64,000 nt of DNA from Brevundimonas sp. SL130. Its GTDB lineage: Bacteria > Pseudomonadota > Alphaproteobacteria > Caulobacterales > Caulobacteraceae. The first letter of the stretch is position 1, and the number at the start of each line of letters is the position of its first letter. The notes below the pieces were generated by a model. That model had not been told where the DNA came from. It saw only the letters and a program-made list of their open reading frames with translations, and searched no databases. A program made the translations under genes and the position numbers. The stretch is taken from assembly GCF_026625805.1 (NCBI RefSeq), contig NZ_CP113064.1:2146657-2210656 (forward strand), in the 5' to 3' direction. This document shows positions 37,166-48,870 of the stretch, piece by piece.

Positions 37166-38157
37166 CAGCCCATCCGCGCCTGCTGGGCCTGGACCCGCTT
37201 CAAGTCCGCCAGCGCCCCGGCCAGCACATCGGCCTTGTCCAGGTTCAGCCCTGCCGCCCGCTCCGGCAAGGGCTGCAGCCGCTCCCACAGCTCGGCCCAC
37301 CGGTTGCCTGCGCCGGCCGGACTGCTCAAGGCCCGCATCCGCACCGCCGCGATCAGCCGGTCCATCAGGGTCTCAAACCGCTCCTGGCCTTCCGCGCCCC
37401 GGAACTTGTCGGCGACGGCCAGGGCCTCGGCCCGGTCCACATCCCCCTCGACCCAGCGCCGCGCCAGCTGGTCCATCTCGAAGGTCGCCCCCGACGCCAG
37501 GGCCAGGGCCGCGCCCGGCGATCCGCCCGCCATGGCCGCCGCGTGCTCGGCCTCCTCCGGCTCCGCCCCCGTGCGGTTCCGCACCAGGGTCTCCAGCCGC
37601 TCCGGCGTCCAGATGGGGAAGCTCAGCCGCCGGCAGCGCGACCGGATCGTGGCCAGCAGCCGCCCCGGCGCGTGGGTGACCAGGAACAGCACGCCCCGCT
37701 CGGGCGGCTCCTCCAGAACCTTCAGCAAGGCGTTGGCCGCATTGATGTTCAGGTCGTCGGCCGCATCGATGATGGCCACCCGGTGCTGGGCCTGGGACGG
37801 GCTCTTGGAGAAGAACTCGGGCAGGTCGCGCGACTGATCGACCGAGATCGACTTCTTGGTCTTTCCGCCCTCGACCAGCCGCTCCAGCACCAGCAGGTCG
37901 GGATGGGACTGGGCCGAGATCAGCCGGCTGACCGGATCCTCGCGCCGCGCGCCCAACGGCCCGCGCGCCGGATCGGCCGCCGCCCCCAGCAGCCGCCGCG
38001 CCGCGCGATAGGCGAAGGTCGCCTTGCCCGTCCCCTCGACCCCGCACAACAGCCAGGCATGGTGCAGCCGCCCCCGCTCCCAGGCGTCCAGAAAGGCCGC
38101 TTCCGCCGCCGCATCAGGGACCAGATCGAACCGGTCGCGGGGATGATCGTCGCTCAC
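37165..38157 (-). CDS. holB: DNA polymerase III subunit delta prime
   Basis: A GTG start at 38157 would give a GTGA overlap with the tmk stop. Walker-A-like GVEGTGKATFA and an AAA+ clamp-loader fold. The ORF-track N-terminal extension would overlap tmk by 80 nt. Confidence 0.7.
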   Translation of the reverse strand: MSDDHPRDRFDLVPDAAAEAAFLDAWERGRLHHAWLLCGVEGTGKATFAYRAARRLLGAAADPARGPLGARREDPVSRLISAQSHPDLLVLERLVEGGKTKKSISVDQSRDLPEFFSKSPSQAQHRVAIIDAADDLNINAANALLKVLEEPPERGVLFLVTHAPGRLLATIRSRCRRLSFPIWTPERLETLVRNRTGAEPEEAEHAAAMAGGSPGAALALASGATFEMDQLARRWVEGDVDRAEALAVADKFRGAEGQERFETLMDRLIAAVRMRALSSPAGAGNRWAELWERLQPLPERAAGLNLDKADVLAGALADLKRVQAQQARMG

Positions 38158-38786
38158 AGCAGCCGGTCCTGAACCGCCCGCCAAACCCGCGCCTCGACCT
38201 CGTCCAGCGATCCCACGGCGTCGATCAGCACACACCGCTCCGGATGGGCCTCGACGATCCTCAGAAAGCCCTCGCGCAGTCGCTTATGGAACTCCAGCCC
38301 CTTGGACTCGAACCGGGTCTCGAACAGGCCGCGCCCGAACGCCCGCTCCAGCCCCACCTCGACCGGCAGGTCGAACACCAGGGTCAGGTCCGGCTGATCG
38401 GTCCCGACCACGCCCGCATCGATCTGTTCGATAAAGCTCTGGGCCACCCCGCCGCCCGCGCCCTGATAAGCCCGGCTTGAGTCGGCGAACCGGTCGCACA
38501 CCACCCAGTCGCCGGCTTCCAAAGCCGGCCGAATGGTCCGCTCCAGATGGTCGGAGCGCGAGGCGTACATCAGCAGGGTCTCGGTCATGGCCGACCAGGG
38601 CTCGGCGTCGGTGGCCACCACCAGGTTGCGGATCACCTCCGCCCCCTTCGACCCGCCCGGTTCGCGCGTCCGCACCACCTGGCGATCGCCCAGCACGGAT
38701 TGCAGCCGTTCGACCAGCCGCCCGACCTGAGTCGACTTGCCGGCCCCCTCGCCGCCTTCGAAGCTTATGAATTTTCCACGGGTCAC
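38154..38786 (-). CDS. tmk: thymidylate kinase
   Basis: 210 aa. P-loop FISFEGGEGAGKST and the LID region. Confidence 0.9.
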   Translation of the reverse strand: MTRGKFISFEGGEGAGKSTQVGRLVERLQSVLGDRQVVRTREPGGSKGAEVIRNLVVATDAEPWSAMTETLLMYASRSDHLERTIRPALEAGDWVVCDRFADSSRAYQGAGGGVAQSFIEQIDAGVVGTDQPDLTLVFDLPVEVGLERAFGRGLFETRFESKGLEFHKRLREGFLRIVEAHPERCVLIDAVGSLDEVEARVWRAVQDRLL

Positions 38787-38823
38787 GGGCGCACAATGGC
38801 GACCGCGGCGCGGGAGGCAAGCC

Positions 38824-39657
38824 TTAGCCGCCGGATATCAACAGAGCGTCCGCATATCCGCGCGCCACGACCGCCTGACGGGCCGCTTCCGCCGCATTGG
38901 CGTCGATCCAGGGCCCGACCAGAACCCGATATCCGCCGCTGCTGGCGTCCACGGTCGCCCGCGCGCCCAGTCGCCCAGCGATTCGCCGCGCCGCCGCCTG
39001 ATCCGAAAACGACCCGGCCTGCACCCAATAGGAGCCGCTTCCGCTCACCAACGCCGTCGCTTCGATGGGCGCAGTCGGTGGCGCGGGCTGATACGGCCTA
39101 GCCGTGGTGGATTGCGCCGAAGGCGGCGGCGCTTCCGCCCTCAGCACCGTCCCTCCGCCCAGCCTTGGCGCTCGCCCAAGGTAGCGAACCCGCACCCGGC
39201 CCACGCCTTGCCGCAGCATATCCAGCTCCTGCGCCGCCCCCCGCGACAGATCGATGATCCGACCATCGACGAACGGCCCGCGATCATTGACCCGCACGAT
39301 GATCCGCCGTCCGTTCTCCAGATTGGTGACTTCCACCAGACCCGGCAGAGGCAAGGTCTTGTGCGCCGCCGTCAGCTGGCTCATGTCGAACCGCTCGCCG
39401 GTCGAGGTCGGCCGCCCGTTGAAGGCGTCGCCATACCAGGAGGCCATGCCGACCTCCTCATAGTCCGGCTGTTCCTTGGGCGTGTACCACCGCCCGCGCA
39501 CCTGATAGGGCCGCATCGTCCCCGACACGATCGGCGCCGGATCCTTGACCACCGGCACAGCCCCGCCGCCTCGCCCGGCGCCCAATGTCGAACAGGCTGC
39601 CAGCAACGAGAACAGCCCCAAAGTCAGGCCGCTCCGCACCCATTGTCCAACTCGCAT
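38824..39657 (-). CDS. rlpA: septal ring lytic transglycosylase RlpA family protein with a C-terminal SPOR domain
   Basis: 277 aa. Lipoprotein signal (LLAACS), a DPBB domain ([20 protein letters not shown]) and a SPOR tail. Confidence 0.8.
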   Translation of the reverse strand: MRVGQWVRSGLTLGLFSLLAACSTLGAGRGGGAVPVVKDPAPIVSGTMRPYQVRGRWYTPKEQPDYEEVGMASWYGDAFNGRPTSTGERFDMSQLTAAHKTLPLPGLVEVTNLENGRRIIVRVNDRGPFVDGRIIDLSRGAAQELDMLRQGVGRVRVRYLGRAPRLGGGTVLRAEAPPPSAQSTTARPYQPAPPTAPIEATALVSGSGSYWVQAGSFSDQAAARRIAGRLGARATVDASSGGYRVLVGPWIDANAAEAARQAVVARGYADALLISGG

Positions 39658-39768
39658 CGGTACGCCTCGTCACAATCGTCCAAAAAAGAGGATGACCGAA
39701 GACATTTCCGCTTTGGTTAACGCCCCCTTCCCCTGCTATGGCGTCCGCCCGACCGGGCGATCCGGCAA

Positions 39769-39858
<90 letters not shown>

Positions 39859-40159
39859 ATAGCGTTGATTTTATTGCGAAAATTGGAAGATTTTCCTCAC
39901 ACCCACCTAACAGCCCGCCTACCGGATAACGATTGAGACGCCGTTTCAGGACGGTTCAGGCGTGTTCATTTCGCCTGGCCAAAGCCCTGCTCGGCGAGAT
40001 CGCTGTCGTTCGAGCGAAGCGATTCTACCCGCGCTGTCGCCGGGAAACGGCTTCAGCGGCCCCGGCATACCCGTGATCCGCAGACAGGCGTATGGCTCCG
40101 GGTATTCGCACTTGAAACGTTGCAAGGCGTTCCACAGGCAAGAGGCTTGGGCTCAGGAC

Positions 40160-40486
40160 TCATAGCCAGAAGAGCACGGTTGCGGCGAGGGCTATGGCGG
40201 ACAGGAAGACGGTTGGGCAGCGATCGTAGCGGGTTGCGACCCGTCGCCAGTCTTTCAGGCGTCCAAACATGATTTCTATGCGGTTCAACCCTTTCAACTC
40301 GATATCCCACACAAAATACCGCTCTGGGCCCGCCACCAGGGCGTCTACGGCCCGTTTGGTCAATTTCGTGGTCACCGTATGGTCACCAGACATTTCGCCT
40401 CCGTCCCGCCACAGCGGGTTTTGAACGCCCATTTTGGTGACCACATGGTCACCACTTGGGAGCAAATCGGAGGATAAGGCGGTCAT
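40160..40486 (-). pseudogene. IS5-family (DDE_Tnp_1) transposase remnant. Only the C-terminal region is recognisable.
   Basis: C-terminal ...YFVWDIELKGLNRIEIMFGRLKDWRRVATRYDRCPTVFLSAIALAATVLFWL matches the IS5-family IERxFxxLKxxRRIATRYDK signature. The N-terminal part is not transposase-like and contains GGTNACC palindromes. Confidence 0.5.
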
Positions 40487-40511
40487 CCCGAGCCATCGCC
40501 CTTTGCCCAGT

Positions 40512-40640
40512 TTACGCCATCAAAACAGGCACTTGGGAAACATCGGGAAACCCGAGGGTTCGAGCTCGATGTCCCAGTAGAGGTAGGTGACCGGGCAGAT
40601 ATGGGCGGCGACCACCTTGGCCTCTCTGCCCGCAACGCCC
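40512..40640 (-). pseudogene. second short IS5-family remnant (duplicate of the YxxWDIEL segment)
   Basis: Minus-strand translation ...AHICPVTYLYWDIELEPSGFP resembles the same transposase region as 40160-40486. Truncated. Confidence 0.3.
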
Positions 40641-40824
40641 GTCGACATCCCACAGGGTGCAAACGGATTCAGCCAGTCCAAAAATGCCATTCCTTTCACC
40701 TTTAGCCGATCTGTCCGCCAGCTTCAGGAGAAGAGTGTCAGCGACGCCAGTTTCCGCCAACCCTTACGGCGCGCGCATCGATAAAATGGCGAACAAGCCC
40801 TCAGCTACCGGCCCCGCCGATGGG

Positions 40825-41670
40825 CTACGGCCGCACCTGCCGCTGCCGCCAATCAAGCGGTGAAATTCCGGCGCAACGCAGGAAGAAGCGTGAGAAATAT
40901 GAAGGGTCGGCGAACCCCAGCTGGTAGCCGACCTCGGCGACGGACAGGGTCGAATAGGCCAGGAGCCGCCGCGCCTCCAGCATCTGGCGATCATGGATGA
41001 GCTGCAGCGGCGTCCGCCCGACCACCTCCATACAGGCGCGCACCAGAGTCGATCGCGCAACCCCGACCTCCTTGGCCAAGGCCTGAACCGAGCCGGGATC
41101 CGCAAGGCGACGCTCCACAGCGGCGCGGTAGGACTGGACCACCCGGACCGCAGTCGTGACGACCGTTCGCGCCGCTGGGCCGCCGCACGCCACATGGGAC
41201 AGCACAACCAGGGCCCAACCGGCCAAGGCCGCCCCCCGCCCCGCCGACGCGCCGCCGAAGGCCTCCAGCAAGGCGGCGAAGGCGGCGTCCAGTGCGTCGG
41301 CGCGAGACGGCACGGCGACCACAGGCTGGGCGACGCCTCCGCCATGCACCGCAAGGAAATCCCCCGACACCATCAGCACGAAGCCGTCGCTTCCTTCCTC
41401 GAATTCGAAACCATGCACTGCGCCCGCCGGTATGGCGACCAGCAGGCCAGGCGAGAGCGTGAAGACATCGGCGTCTAGGGTCATGCGCCCGCCGCCCGAC
41501 TGCACCCAGAGAATCTGGAGGAGATCCCCGTGCCGATGCGGCAGGATCCGCCAACGGTTGGGGCGGCTCCGCGACGCCAGGGTCTCTACATGTAAAGGCT
41601 CTACATCGGCGCCGATCTCTCCGTAGAGGCCGTACCGGGGAAAGGGACCAGGGTCAGGCGCCTTTTGCAT
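40825..41670 (-). CDS. pobR: AraC-family transcriptional regulator (PobR-like activator of pobA)
   Basis: 281 aa. N-terminal cupin ligand domain and C-terminal AraC HTH (GFADPSYFSRFF). Divergent from pobA. Confidence 0.7.
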   Translation of the reverse strand: MQKAPDPGPFPRYGLYGEIGADVEPLHVETLASRSRPNRWRILPHRHGDLLQILWVQSGGGRMTLDADVFTLSPGLLVAIPAGAVHGFEFEEGSDGFVLMVSGDFLAVHGGGVAQPVVAVPSRADALDAAFAALLEAFGGASAGRGAALAGWALVVLSHVACGGPAARTVVTTAVRVVQSYRAAVERRLADPGSVQALAKEVGVARSTLVRACMEVVGRTPLQLIHDRQMLEARRLLAYSTLSVAEVGYQLGFADPSYFSRFFLRCAGISPLDWRQRQVRP

Positions 41671-41672
41671 GA

Positions 41673-42944
<1,272 letters not shown>

Positions 42945-43144
42945 TGATCAACGAGTTCTGCCCCTCCCCCAAGGCTGCGCTGAAAGGCATACGGTTCGAC
43001 GGGATGACGATCATGTCCGGCGGCTTCGGCGTCCCGGGGCAGACACTCCTCTCCAGCTCCGAAAAGCTAGCATGGGTGTCCACTGAAACGAGGGAGGATC
43101 AGACACCGCTTTCGCCGGCGCTGCGATCATGCGAGCCTGTTCGG

Positions 43145-43420
43145 ATGAACAGCTTCTCTAAAGTCGCCCTCGCCCTTACGCTGGTCGCGACGACCGTCGC
43201 CTGCACTGACAGCAAACGCGCGCGCAACGACGCGACCTGGGGCGACACGCCGGCGGATATCACCTGCTGGACCTATGGGGTCGAGAACTTCAAGGGGCGG
43301 TCCACCGGCAAGGTCGAATATGACGACGGCGGCCGCATCTCTTTCGTGGACGCCGCCAACAACCGCTACACGACCGTCGATGGCGACTGCCGCGTGGTCT
43401 ATCAGCAGCCGGCCAAATAG
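43145..43420 (+). CDS. small lipoprotein, hypothetical
   Basis: 91 aa. Signal plus lipobox MNSFSKVALALTLVATTVAC. The ORF-track upstream extension overlaps pobA. Confidence 0.5.
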   Translation: MNSFSKVALALTLVATTVACTDSKRARNDATWGDTPADITCWTYGVENFKGRSTGKVEYDDGGRISFVDAANNRYTTVDGDCRVVYQQPAK

Positions 43421-43423
43421 GCT

Positions 43424-44380
43424 TCAGGCCGAATCGTTGCGGCCCAGGTGGGTCTCGCCGCGCCGGCGAGCCAGTTCGATCTGCCTCTGCCGCTCAGCGT
43501 AGCGGAGCCGCTGGGCGTCGTCGCGGGTGTCGCGGCAGCGGTCGCAGCAGACGCCCTCGATAAAGTGGGGAGAGGCCCGCCCCTGGGCGTCCAAAGGCAT
43601 GCGACATCCCCGGCACAGGGTGTGATCGCCCTGAACCAGCCCATGACCGACTGAAACCCGCTCGTCGAAGACGAAACAGTCGCCCTGCCACAGGCTGTCG
43701 CCCGGCTCGACTTCTTCCAGATACCGCAGGATCCCCCCCTCGAGGTGATGGACATTCTCCACCCCCTCGGCCTTCAGAAAGGCCGTCGACTTCTCGCAGC
43801 GAATGCCGCCGGTGCAGTACATGGCGACGCGTTTGGGCTGTCTCTCGTCCAACAGGGCGCGCCCCTCGGTGCGGAACCAGTGGGGGAAGTCCCGGAAGCT
43901 GCGGGTGTTCGGCTGCACCGCGCCTTCAAAGGCGCCGATCTCGCCCTCGTAGTCGTTGCGAGTGTCGATCACCAGGGTGGTCGGATCGGCGATCAGAGCG
44001 TTCCAGTCCTGCGGCGCGACATAGACGCCAGCCTGCCTGGCCGGATCCAGATCCGGTTGGCCCATGGTGACGATCTCGCGCTTGATCCGGACCTTCATCC
44101 TCAAAAACGGCATCTCGCCGGTCCAGGCGTATTTCACGTCCAGATCGGCGAAGCCGGCCATGGCGCGCACCTCGGCCAAGACGGCTTCAACACCCGCTTC
44201 AGGTCCCGCTATGGTGCCGTTCAGCCCTTCAGCTGCAACCAGCAACGTCCCCTTCACCCCACCGCCCTCACAGACAGCCTGCAAACGCGCCTGCGCCACG
44301 CCGACGCCTGCGATCAGGGCGAATCGGTAAAGGGCCGCGACGCGGATCTGGCCGACATTCGAGGAAGTGGATTCGGTCAT
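43424..44380 (-). CDS. trhO: rhodanese-related tRNA uridine(34) hydroxylase TrhO (UPF0176/YceA family)
   Basis: 318 aa from MTESTSS. Rhodanese active-site loop CTGGIRCEK and a C-terminal Cys-rich tail. Confidence 0.75.
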   Translation of the reverse strand: MTESTSSNVGQIRVAALYRFALIAGVGVAQARLQAVCEGGGVKGTLLVAAEGLNGTIAGPEAGVEAVLAEVRAMAGFADLDVKYAWTGEMPFLRMKVRIKREIVTMGQPDLDPARQAGVYVAPQDWNALIADPTTLVIDTRNDYEGEIGAFEGAVQPNTRSFRDFPHWFRTEGRALLDERQPKRVAMYCTGGIRCEKSTAFLKAEGVENVHHLEGGILRYLEEVEPGDSLWQGDCFVFDERVSVGHGLVQGDHTLCRGCRMPLDAQGRASPHFIEGVCCDRCRDTRDDAQRLRYAERQRQIELARRRGETHLGRNDSA

Positions 44381-44400
44381 GGCGTAGCCTTCAGCAGCCC

Positions 44401-44477
44401 CGTCGAATCGTGGCGCGCCCTGCAGGACTCGAACCTGCAACCGTCCGCTTAGAAGGCGGGTGCTCTATCCGGTTGAG
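44401..44477 (-). tRNA. tRNA-Arg (anticodon TCT)
   Basis: 77 nt on the minus strand, GCGCCCTTAGCTCAACCGGATAGAGCACCCGCCTTCTAAGCGG...TTCGAGTCCTGCAGGGCGCGCCA. Anticodon loop CTTCTAA. Confidence 0.85.
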
Positions 44478-44505
44478 CTAAGGGCGCTCGGCAACGAGCC
44501 GGGCG

Positions 44506-44811
44506 TCAGTGCGTCCAGGGCTGTTTGCGATTGGTGGCGAAATTGTCGGCATAGGTCTTGATGATCGTCGGGGCCTCGTTCGGCTCGTGCAGGCGGAACG
44601 GGATGCCGTGACGCTCGGCATAGGCGACGGCTTCTTCCTTCGAATCAAAGGCCAGACGGACCTGACCCTTCATGTCCGACGAGCTGGTCCAGCCCATCAG
44701 CGGGTCGATCGTTCGGGCCGAGGCCGGCTCGAACTCAAGTCGCCAGTCGCGGCTCTTGCCCTTGCCGGACTGCATCGCGGTCTTGGCGGGGCGGTAGATG
44801 CGGGCGAGCAT
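44506..44811 (-). CDS. ETC complex I subunit conserved-region protein (NDUFS4-like)
   Basis: 101 aa from [16 protein letters not shown]. Conserved ...WRLEFE...[11 protein letters not shown]... pattern of bacterial NDUFS4 homologues. Confidence 0.65.
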   Translation of the reverse strand: MLARIYRPAKTAMQSGKGKSRDWRLEFEPASARTIDPLMGWTSSSDMKGQVRLAFDSKEEAVAYAERHGIPFRLHEPNEAPTIIKTYADNFATNRKQPWTH

Positions 44812-44889
44812 GGCGAAATCCCTAGTGATCGGCAGGTCCAGAGGACCTGCCATAACGCGCGCTGGACACGGAATCCAGCGGCCGTCCAT

Positions 44890-44966
<77 letters not shown>

Positions 44967-45011
44967 GACCGAACGGAGCGCTCTATTGGCACTTCGCGAC
45001 GCGATCCGCAA

Positions 45012-45491
45012 TCAAGGCTTGAAATAAGCATGCAAAACCTTGTCGCCGGGCCGGGCTCCGATCTCTTCCGCACGGCCGGCGCGCAGTTCCAGCACGCCGT
45101 TGGCGGCCCCGTTCGAGGGAATGGGCGATTCGGAAAAGGGCGTGGCGTGCGATGCGATCGAGACGATTCGCCCCTGCGGGTCGATATAGAGGATGTCGAG
45201 CGAACTGGGCGTGTTGCGCATCCAGAAGCTCTGCTCACGCGGCGCCTCGCCCGGCCACTGGAACAACATGCCGCGGTCAGCCTCCAGCGGCGGCCGGAAC
45301 ATAAGGCCGCGCTGACGCTCGGGCTCTTCGTCGGCGATCTCGACCCAGAATGTGTGCTCGCCGGAGGTCGTGACCACGGCGAGCTGCTGCAACGCCTCTC
45401 CATTCGGACCTTCCGGTGCCTTGGCCGCGCAGCCGCTAAGCGCCAGCACGGCGAAGCCCGCCACAAGGAAACGTTTCGTCACTTTGATCAT
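45012..45491 (-). CDS. DUF192 domain lipoprotein
   Basis: 159 aa. Lipobox LALSGC and a DUF192 core (MLFQWPGE...FWMRNT...LDILYID). Confidence 0.6.
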   Translation of the reverse strand: MIKVTKRFLVAGFAVLALSGCAAKAPEGPNGEALQQLAVVTTSGEHTFWVEIADEEPERQRGLMFRPPLEADRGMLFQWPGEAPREQSFWMRNTPSSLDILYIDPQGRIVSIASHATPFSESPIPSNGAANGVLELRAGRAEEIGARPGDKVLHAYFKP

Positions 45492-45514
45492 GCGCCCATC
45501 CTTGGGCGGCCTGA

Positions 45515-46039
45515 TCAGCCGCCCGGTCTGATTTCAGCGACCACCAGGCCTTTCGGACCACTGGCGAACCGCACCTGAACAGCATCGCCCGGCACGAGAT
45601 CGTCAAGACCGCAACGACGCAGGGTTTCGATATGGACGAAGATATCGCCAGGTTCACGGTCGCGCACGACAAATCCGTAGCCCTTGGTCCGGTTGAACCA
45701 TTTGACGACGGCGGATTCCAGCGTTCCATCCGCGTCAGGATAAGGCGTATCCGGAGCGACGACGGGCGTCGGACGACGGGCGATCACGCTGGCCTCGCCA
45801 GCGCCGAGTTCGTGAATCTCGACCGCCTGCCAGCCCTTGGCGCGCTTCACGCAGGCACAGGTTATCGGCGCGCCTTCATCAGCCGTATCACGGCCGGTAT
45901 CACGCAGACTGCTAATGTGCAGCAGAACGTCACGCAGTTCGGTCAGCGTCGGATCGTCCGGAACGATGAAGCCATAGCCCTTCGCCGGATCAAACCATTT
46001 CACGCGACCGACGACACGAACGGTCTCCGCCGTTTCCAT
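45515..46039 (-). CDS. cold-shock protein with two tandem cold-shock domains
   Basis: 174 aa from METAETVRV. Two CSDs ([16 protein letters not shown] and [14 protein letters not shown]). The long 5' leader is typical of csp genes. Confidence 0.75.
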   Translation of the reverse strand: METAETVRVVGRVKWFDPAKGYGFIVPDDPTLTELRDVLLHISSLRDTGRDTADEGAPITCACVKRAKGWQAVEIHELGAGEASVIARRPTPVVAPDTPYPDADGTLESAVVKWFNRTKGYGFVVRDREPGDIFVHIETLRRCGLDDLVPGDAVQVRFASGPKGLVVAEIRPGG

Positions 46040-46296
46040 CCCATCGAAATCAGACAAGTTTACACCCCCGTCCGCTCCTCTAACGGACAACAGGTTACGT
46101 TTAACACTGTTCCGTGAATCTTTGGAAAGGCCAAAATCCGCAAAGGGGTGTAGAAAGTTGCACCTCTCAGCAGAAACGTTGCAGTTGTGTCGCGCGAACG
46201 CCACCACCATCGCCTAGCGGGGCCCTGCAACATAAGAAGAAGAGAGGTATTTGGCGATACAGGCGGCCTTTCGGCTCGGCCTGTCATCATCCCGCG

Positions 46297-46371
46297 TGGC
46301 AGTCCCTAGGGGAGTCGAACCCCTCTTTTCAGGTTGAAAACCTGACGTCCTAACCGATAGACGAAGGGACC
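46297..46371 (-). tRNA. tRNA-Glu (anticodon TTC)
   Basis: 75 nt on the minus strand, GGTCCCTTCGTCTATCGGTTAGGACGTCAGGTTTTCAACCTGAAAAGAGGGGTTCGACTCCCCTAGGGACTGCCA. G1-T72 wobble and G73 discriminator. Confidence 0.8.
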
Positions 46372-46467
46372 GCTGCGCGGGAGAGCCGGCGATATAGCCG
46401 CGCCCTTGGACGGGTGCAAGCGCGGATTTCGAGTTTTTTGCGACGCCTCCATTGGTCGCAACGCCGT

Positions 46468-48279
46468 TCAAACCCGGCGGGGATCGGCGACGTCTTCGAT
46501 CTCGAACTGCACGCCCCGTCGGCCATTCCAGTCATCCGCCTTCAGACGACCCACGACATTCAAGCCCCCCTGCCCGCTCAACAGGGCTTGTCCGGTCGAT
46601 AGATCCGCACAGCGCCAGGCGATGGCCCGCACAGATGCGCCGTCTGGTCCGACCAGACGACAGCGGACATGGCCGCCGTTCATCTGCACCGGCTCTCGCG
46701 CCTGCACGCCGTTCAGGGCGAACACCGGCTCCGGATTGGCCGGACCAAAGGGCGCCAGTTGCTCGAACGACTCGAACAAGGCGCGGGTCGCTGCGCCCGG
46801 GTCGATCAGGGCATCGACGTCCAGGGCGTCCATCGCCACCGCCTCGACCCTTTCGTCGGCCAAGCTCGTGTTCAGGAATTCGGTCAGCTCAGCCAGTCGC
46901 GCGCCGTCCATCGTCAGGCCAGCCGCCATGGCGTGGCCTCCGCCGGCCAGCAGAATTCCCGCCTCCCACGCCGCCTGAATGGCGCGCCCCAGGTTCATGC
47001 CCGGCTGCGACCGGCCGGAGCCCTTGCCCAGCCCGGTCACCGGGTCGATCCCGACAACGATCACCGGCTTGCGCCAACGTTCGCGCAAACGGCCGGCCAC
47101 GATGCCGACCACGCCTGGGTGCCAATCCTCGCCCGCCACCACGACCAAGGCCGAATCGTCAGCGTGGGCGCCGGTCGCCTCGACCCGACGGACAGCCGCC
47201 TCTGTCACAGCGCGCTCGACCTCGCGACGCGACAGATTCAGAGCGTCCAGTTCGAGGGCCAAGGCCTGAGCCTCGACCGGGTCGTCGGTCGACAGCAGGC
47301 GCGCGCCAAGATCGGAACGACCGATCCGTCCGCCGGCGTTGATGCGCGGGCCCAGGATGAAGCCAGCGTGATTGCTCTTGGCCGGCCCCTCCTCGGCGCC
47401 GGCTGCGGCTAGAAGGGCGCGCAGGCCGGGGTTCTTCCAGTCGCTCATGACTTTCAACCCTAACCCCGTCAGGGCGCGGTTGAACCCGGTTAGAGCCGTC
47501 ACGTCACAGATGGCCCCTAGCGCCGCCAGATCCAGCCATTGACGAATGTCGGGTTCGGGTCGCTCGGCGAACAGGTTGCGACGCCGCGCCTCACGGTTCA
47601 GCGCCGCGAGCAGTACGAAAACCACGCCCGCAGCCGCCAGATTTCCCTGCCCCGAGTTGCAGCCGGGTCGGTTCGGATTGACGACCGCCAATGCCTTGGG
47701 CGGTTCGCTGCGCATCAGATGGTGATCGATCACAACGACCTTCAGATCGATGGCCGCCGCATGGGCCAAGGCCTCATTGGCGGCCGCGCCGCAATCGACC
47801 GTGACCACCAGATCGGCGCCGGCCGCCTTCAGACTGTCGAAGGCTCTGGCGCTGGGGCCATAGCCCTCGGTCAATCGGTCGGGGACATAGATGGGCAGAT
47901 CCGCACCCATGGTTCGGAACCAACGCACCAGCAGGGCGGCGCTGGCGGCGCCGTCCACATCATAGTCCGCGAAGACATGGACCCTGGCGCTGGCCTGGAA
48001 GGCGTCGAGGATTGCGCCCGCCGCCGCGTCCATGTCCATGAAGCTGGACGGATCGGGGAACAGAGCGCGCAGGGTCGGCGTCAGAAAATCGGCGCCCTGG
48101 TCGGCGCGCACCCCGCGCGACGCCAAGGCGCGCGCCAACGGCTCTTCCAGTCCCAGACCCTGCATATGGGCCCGTATGGTCGCCGGCTCGGCCGGTCGCT
48201 GACGCCAGGCGCGGCCAGACAGGGACTGGGTCACCCCCAGGAATGCGCTGTCGATCTTGAAACCGCCGTCGTCCGCCAT
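46468..48279 (-). CDS. recJ: single-stranded-DNA-specific exonuclease RecJ
   Basis: 603 aa from MADDGGFK. DHH and DHHA1 motifs (DYDVDGAASAALL, VVIDHH, GGHAMAAG) and a C-terminal OB fold. Confidence 0.85.
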   Translation of the reverse strand: MADDGGFKIDSAFLGVTQSLSGRAWRQRPAEPATIRAHMQGLGLEEPLARALASRGVRADQGADFLTPTLRALFPDPSSFMDMDAAAGAILDAFQASARVHVFADYDVDGAASAALLVRWFRTMGADLPIYVPDRLTEGYGPSARAFDSLKAAGADLVVTVDCGAAANEALAHAAAIDLKVVVIDHHLMRSEPPKALAVVNPNRPGCNSGQGNLAAAGVVFVLLAALNREARRRNLFAERPEPDIRQWLDLAALGAICDVTALTGFNRALTGLGLKVMSDWKNPGLRALLAAAGAEEGPAKSNHAGFILGPRINAGGRIGRSDLGARLLSTDDPVEAQALALELDALNLSRREVERAVTEAAVRRVEATGAHADDSALVVVAGEDWHPGVVGIVAGRLRERWRKPVIVVGIDPVTGLGKGSGRSQPGMNLGRAIQAAWEAGILLAGGGHAMAAGLTMDGARLAELTEFLNTSLADERVEAVAMDALDVDALIDPGAATRALFESFEQLAPFGPANPEPVFALNGVQAREPVQMNGGHVRCRLVGPDGASVRAIAWRCADLSTGQALLSGQGGLNVVGRLKADDWNGRRGVQFEIEDVADPRRV

Positions 48280-48319
48280 CGGCGCATCATCCGGGGATTC
48301 TCGATCCCCGGCGACCGAC

Positions 48320-48781
48320 TCATTCAACCGGACGCCGATCAACGGGTGGCGGCGCCTTGGCGCGGTCGCGCAGGCCTTGGGCGAAGGCGTCAATCTCGGC
48401 CTGGGTCCGGGCGGAATCGGGCGACACCGGAACGGCTTCGACCTGGGCGCGGGTCTCGGCCGCCAGGACTTCCGCGTCCCCCAGCGTCCAGTCGATCCGT
48501 GAAACTTCGCCTCCCAGGGCTCCGCCCTGGCTCTCCAGCGCCCCCACCTGGGCGGCGACCTGGGTCGCTTCAGGCAGGTCCGCTGGAGCGGCGGGGAAGT
48601 TCTCCCAGCTGGGATAATGGCGATTGGCGTCTACCAGCGCCTGGACACGCGGCGCGATGGGCGACGTCGGATCGGTTCTGGGCGCGAACGAAGGCGCGCA
48701 AGCCCCCAGCGACGCCGACAGCGTCGCCAGACCGAGCCACGAAGCCTTCAGCCTCGTTCTTTTTCGAAAGTGCGCGTTCAT
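48320..48781 (-). CDS. hypothetical lipoprotein
   Basis: 153 aa. Lipobox LSASLGAC. Lies between recJ and phaC. Confidence 0.45.
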   Translation of the reverse strand: MNAHFRKRTRLKASWLGLATLSASLGACAPSFAPRTDPTSPIAPRVQALVDANRHYPSWENFPAAPADLPEATQVAAQVGALESQGGALGGEVSRIDWTLGDAEVLAAETRAQVEAVPVSPDSARTQAEIDAFAQGLRDRAKAPPPVDRRPVE

Positions 48782-48870
48782 GTCGGGGTCGGTCTTATGC
48801 CATCATCGCTCCGTGCGGAAGGGCGAGGCGTCGAACCGGTCCTCCGCATTTAGGAAGGCGAAGGAAATCC

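Noticed and set aside
38157-38235. Upstream ATG start for holB at 38235
   Set aside because: It would overlap tmk by about 80 nt. A GTG at 38157 gives the usual 4-nt coupled overlap and the correct N-terminal length relative to HolB homologues.
40587-40863. Small plus-strand ORFs in the pobR downstream region
   Set aside because: Low-complexity translations overlapping IS remnant DNA, so probably non-coding.
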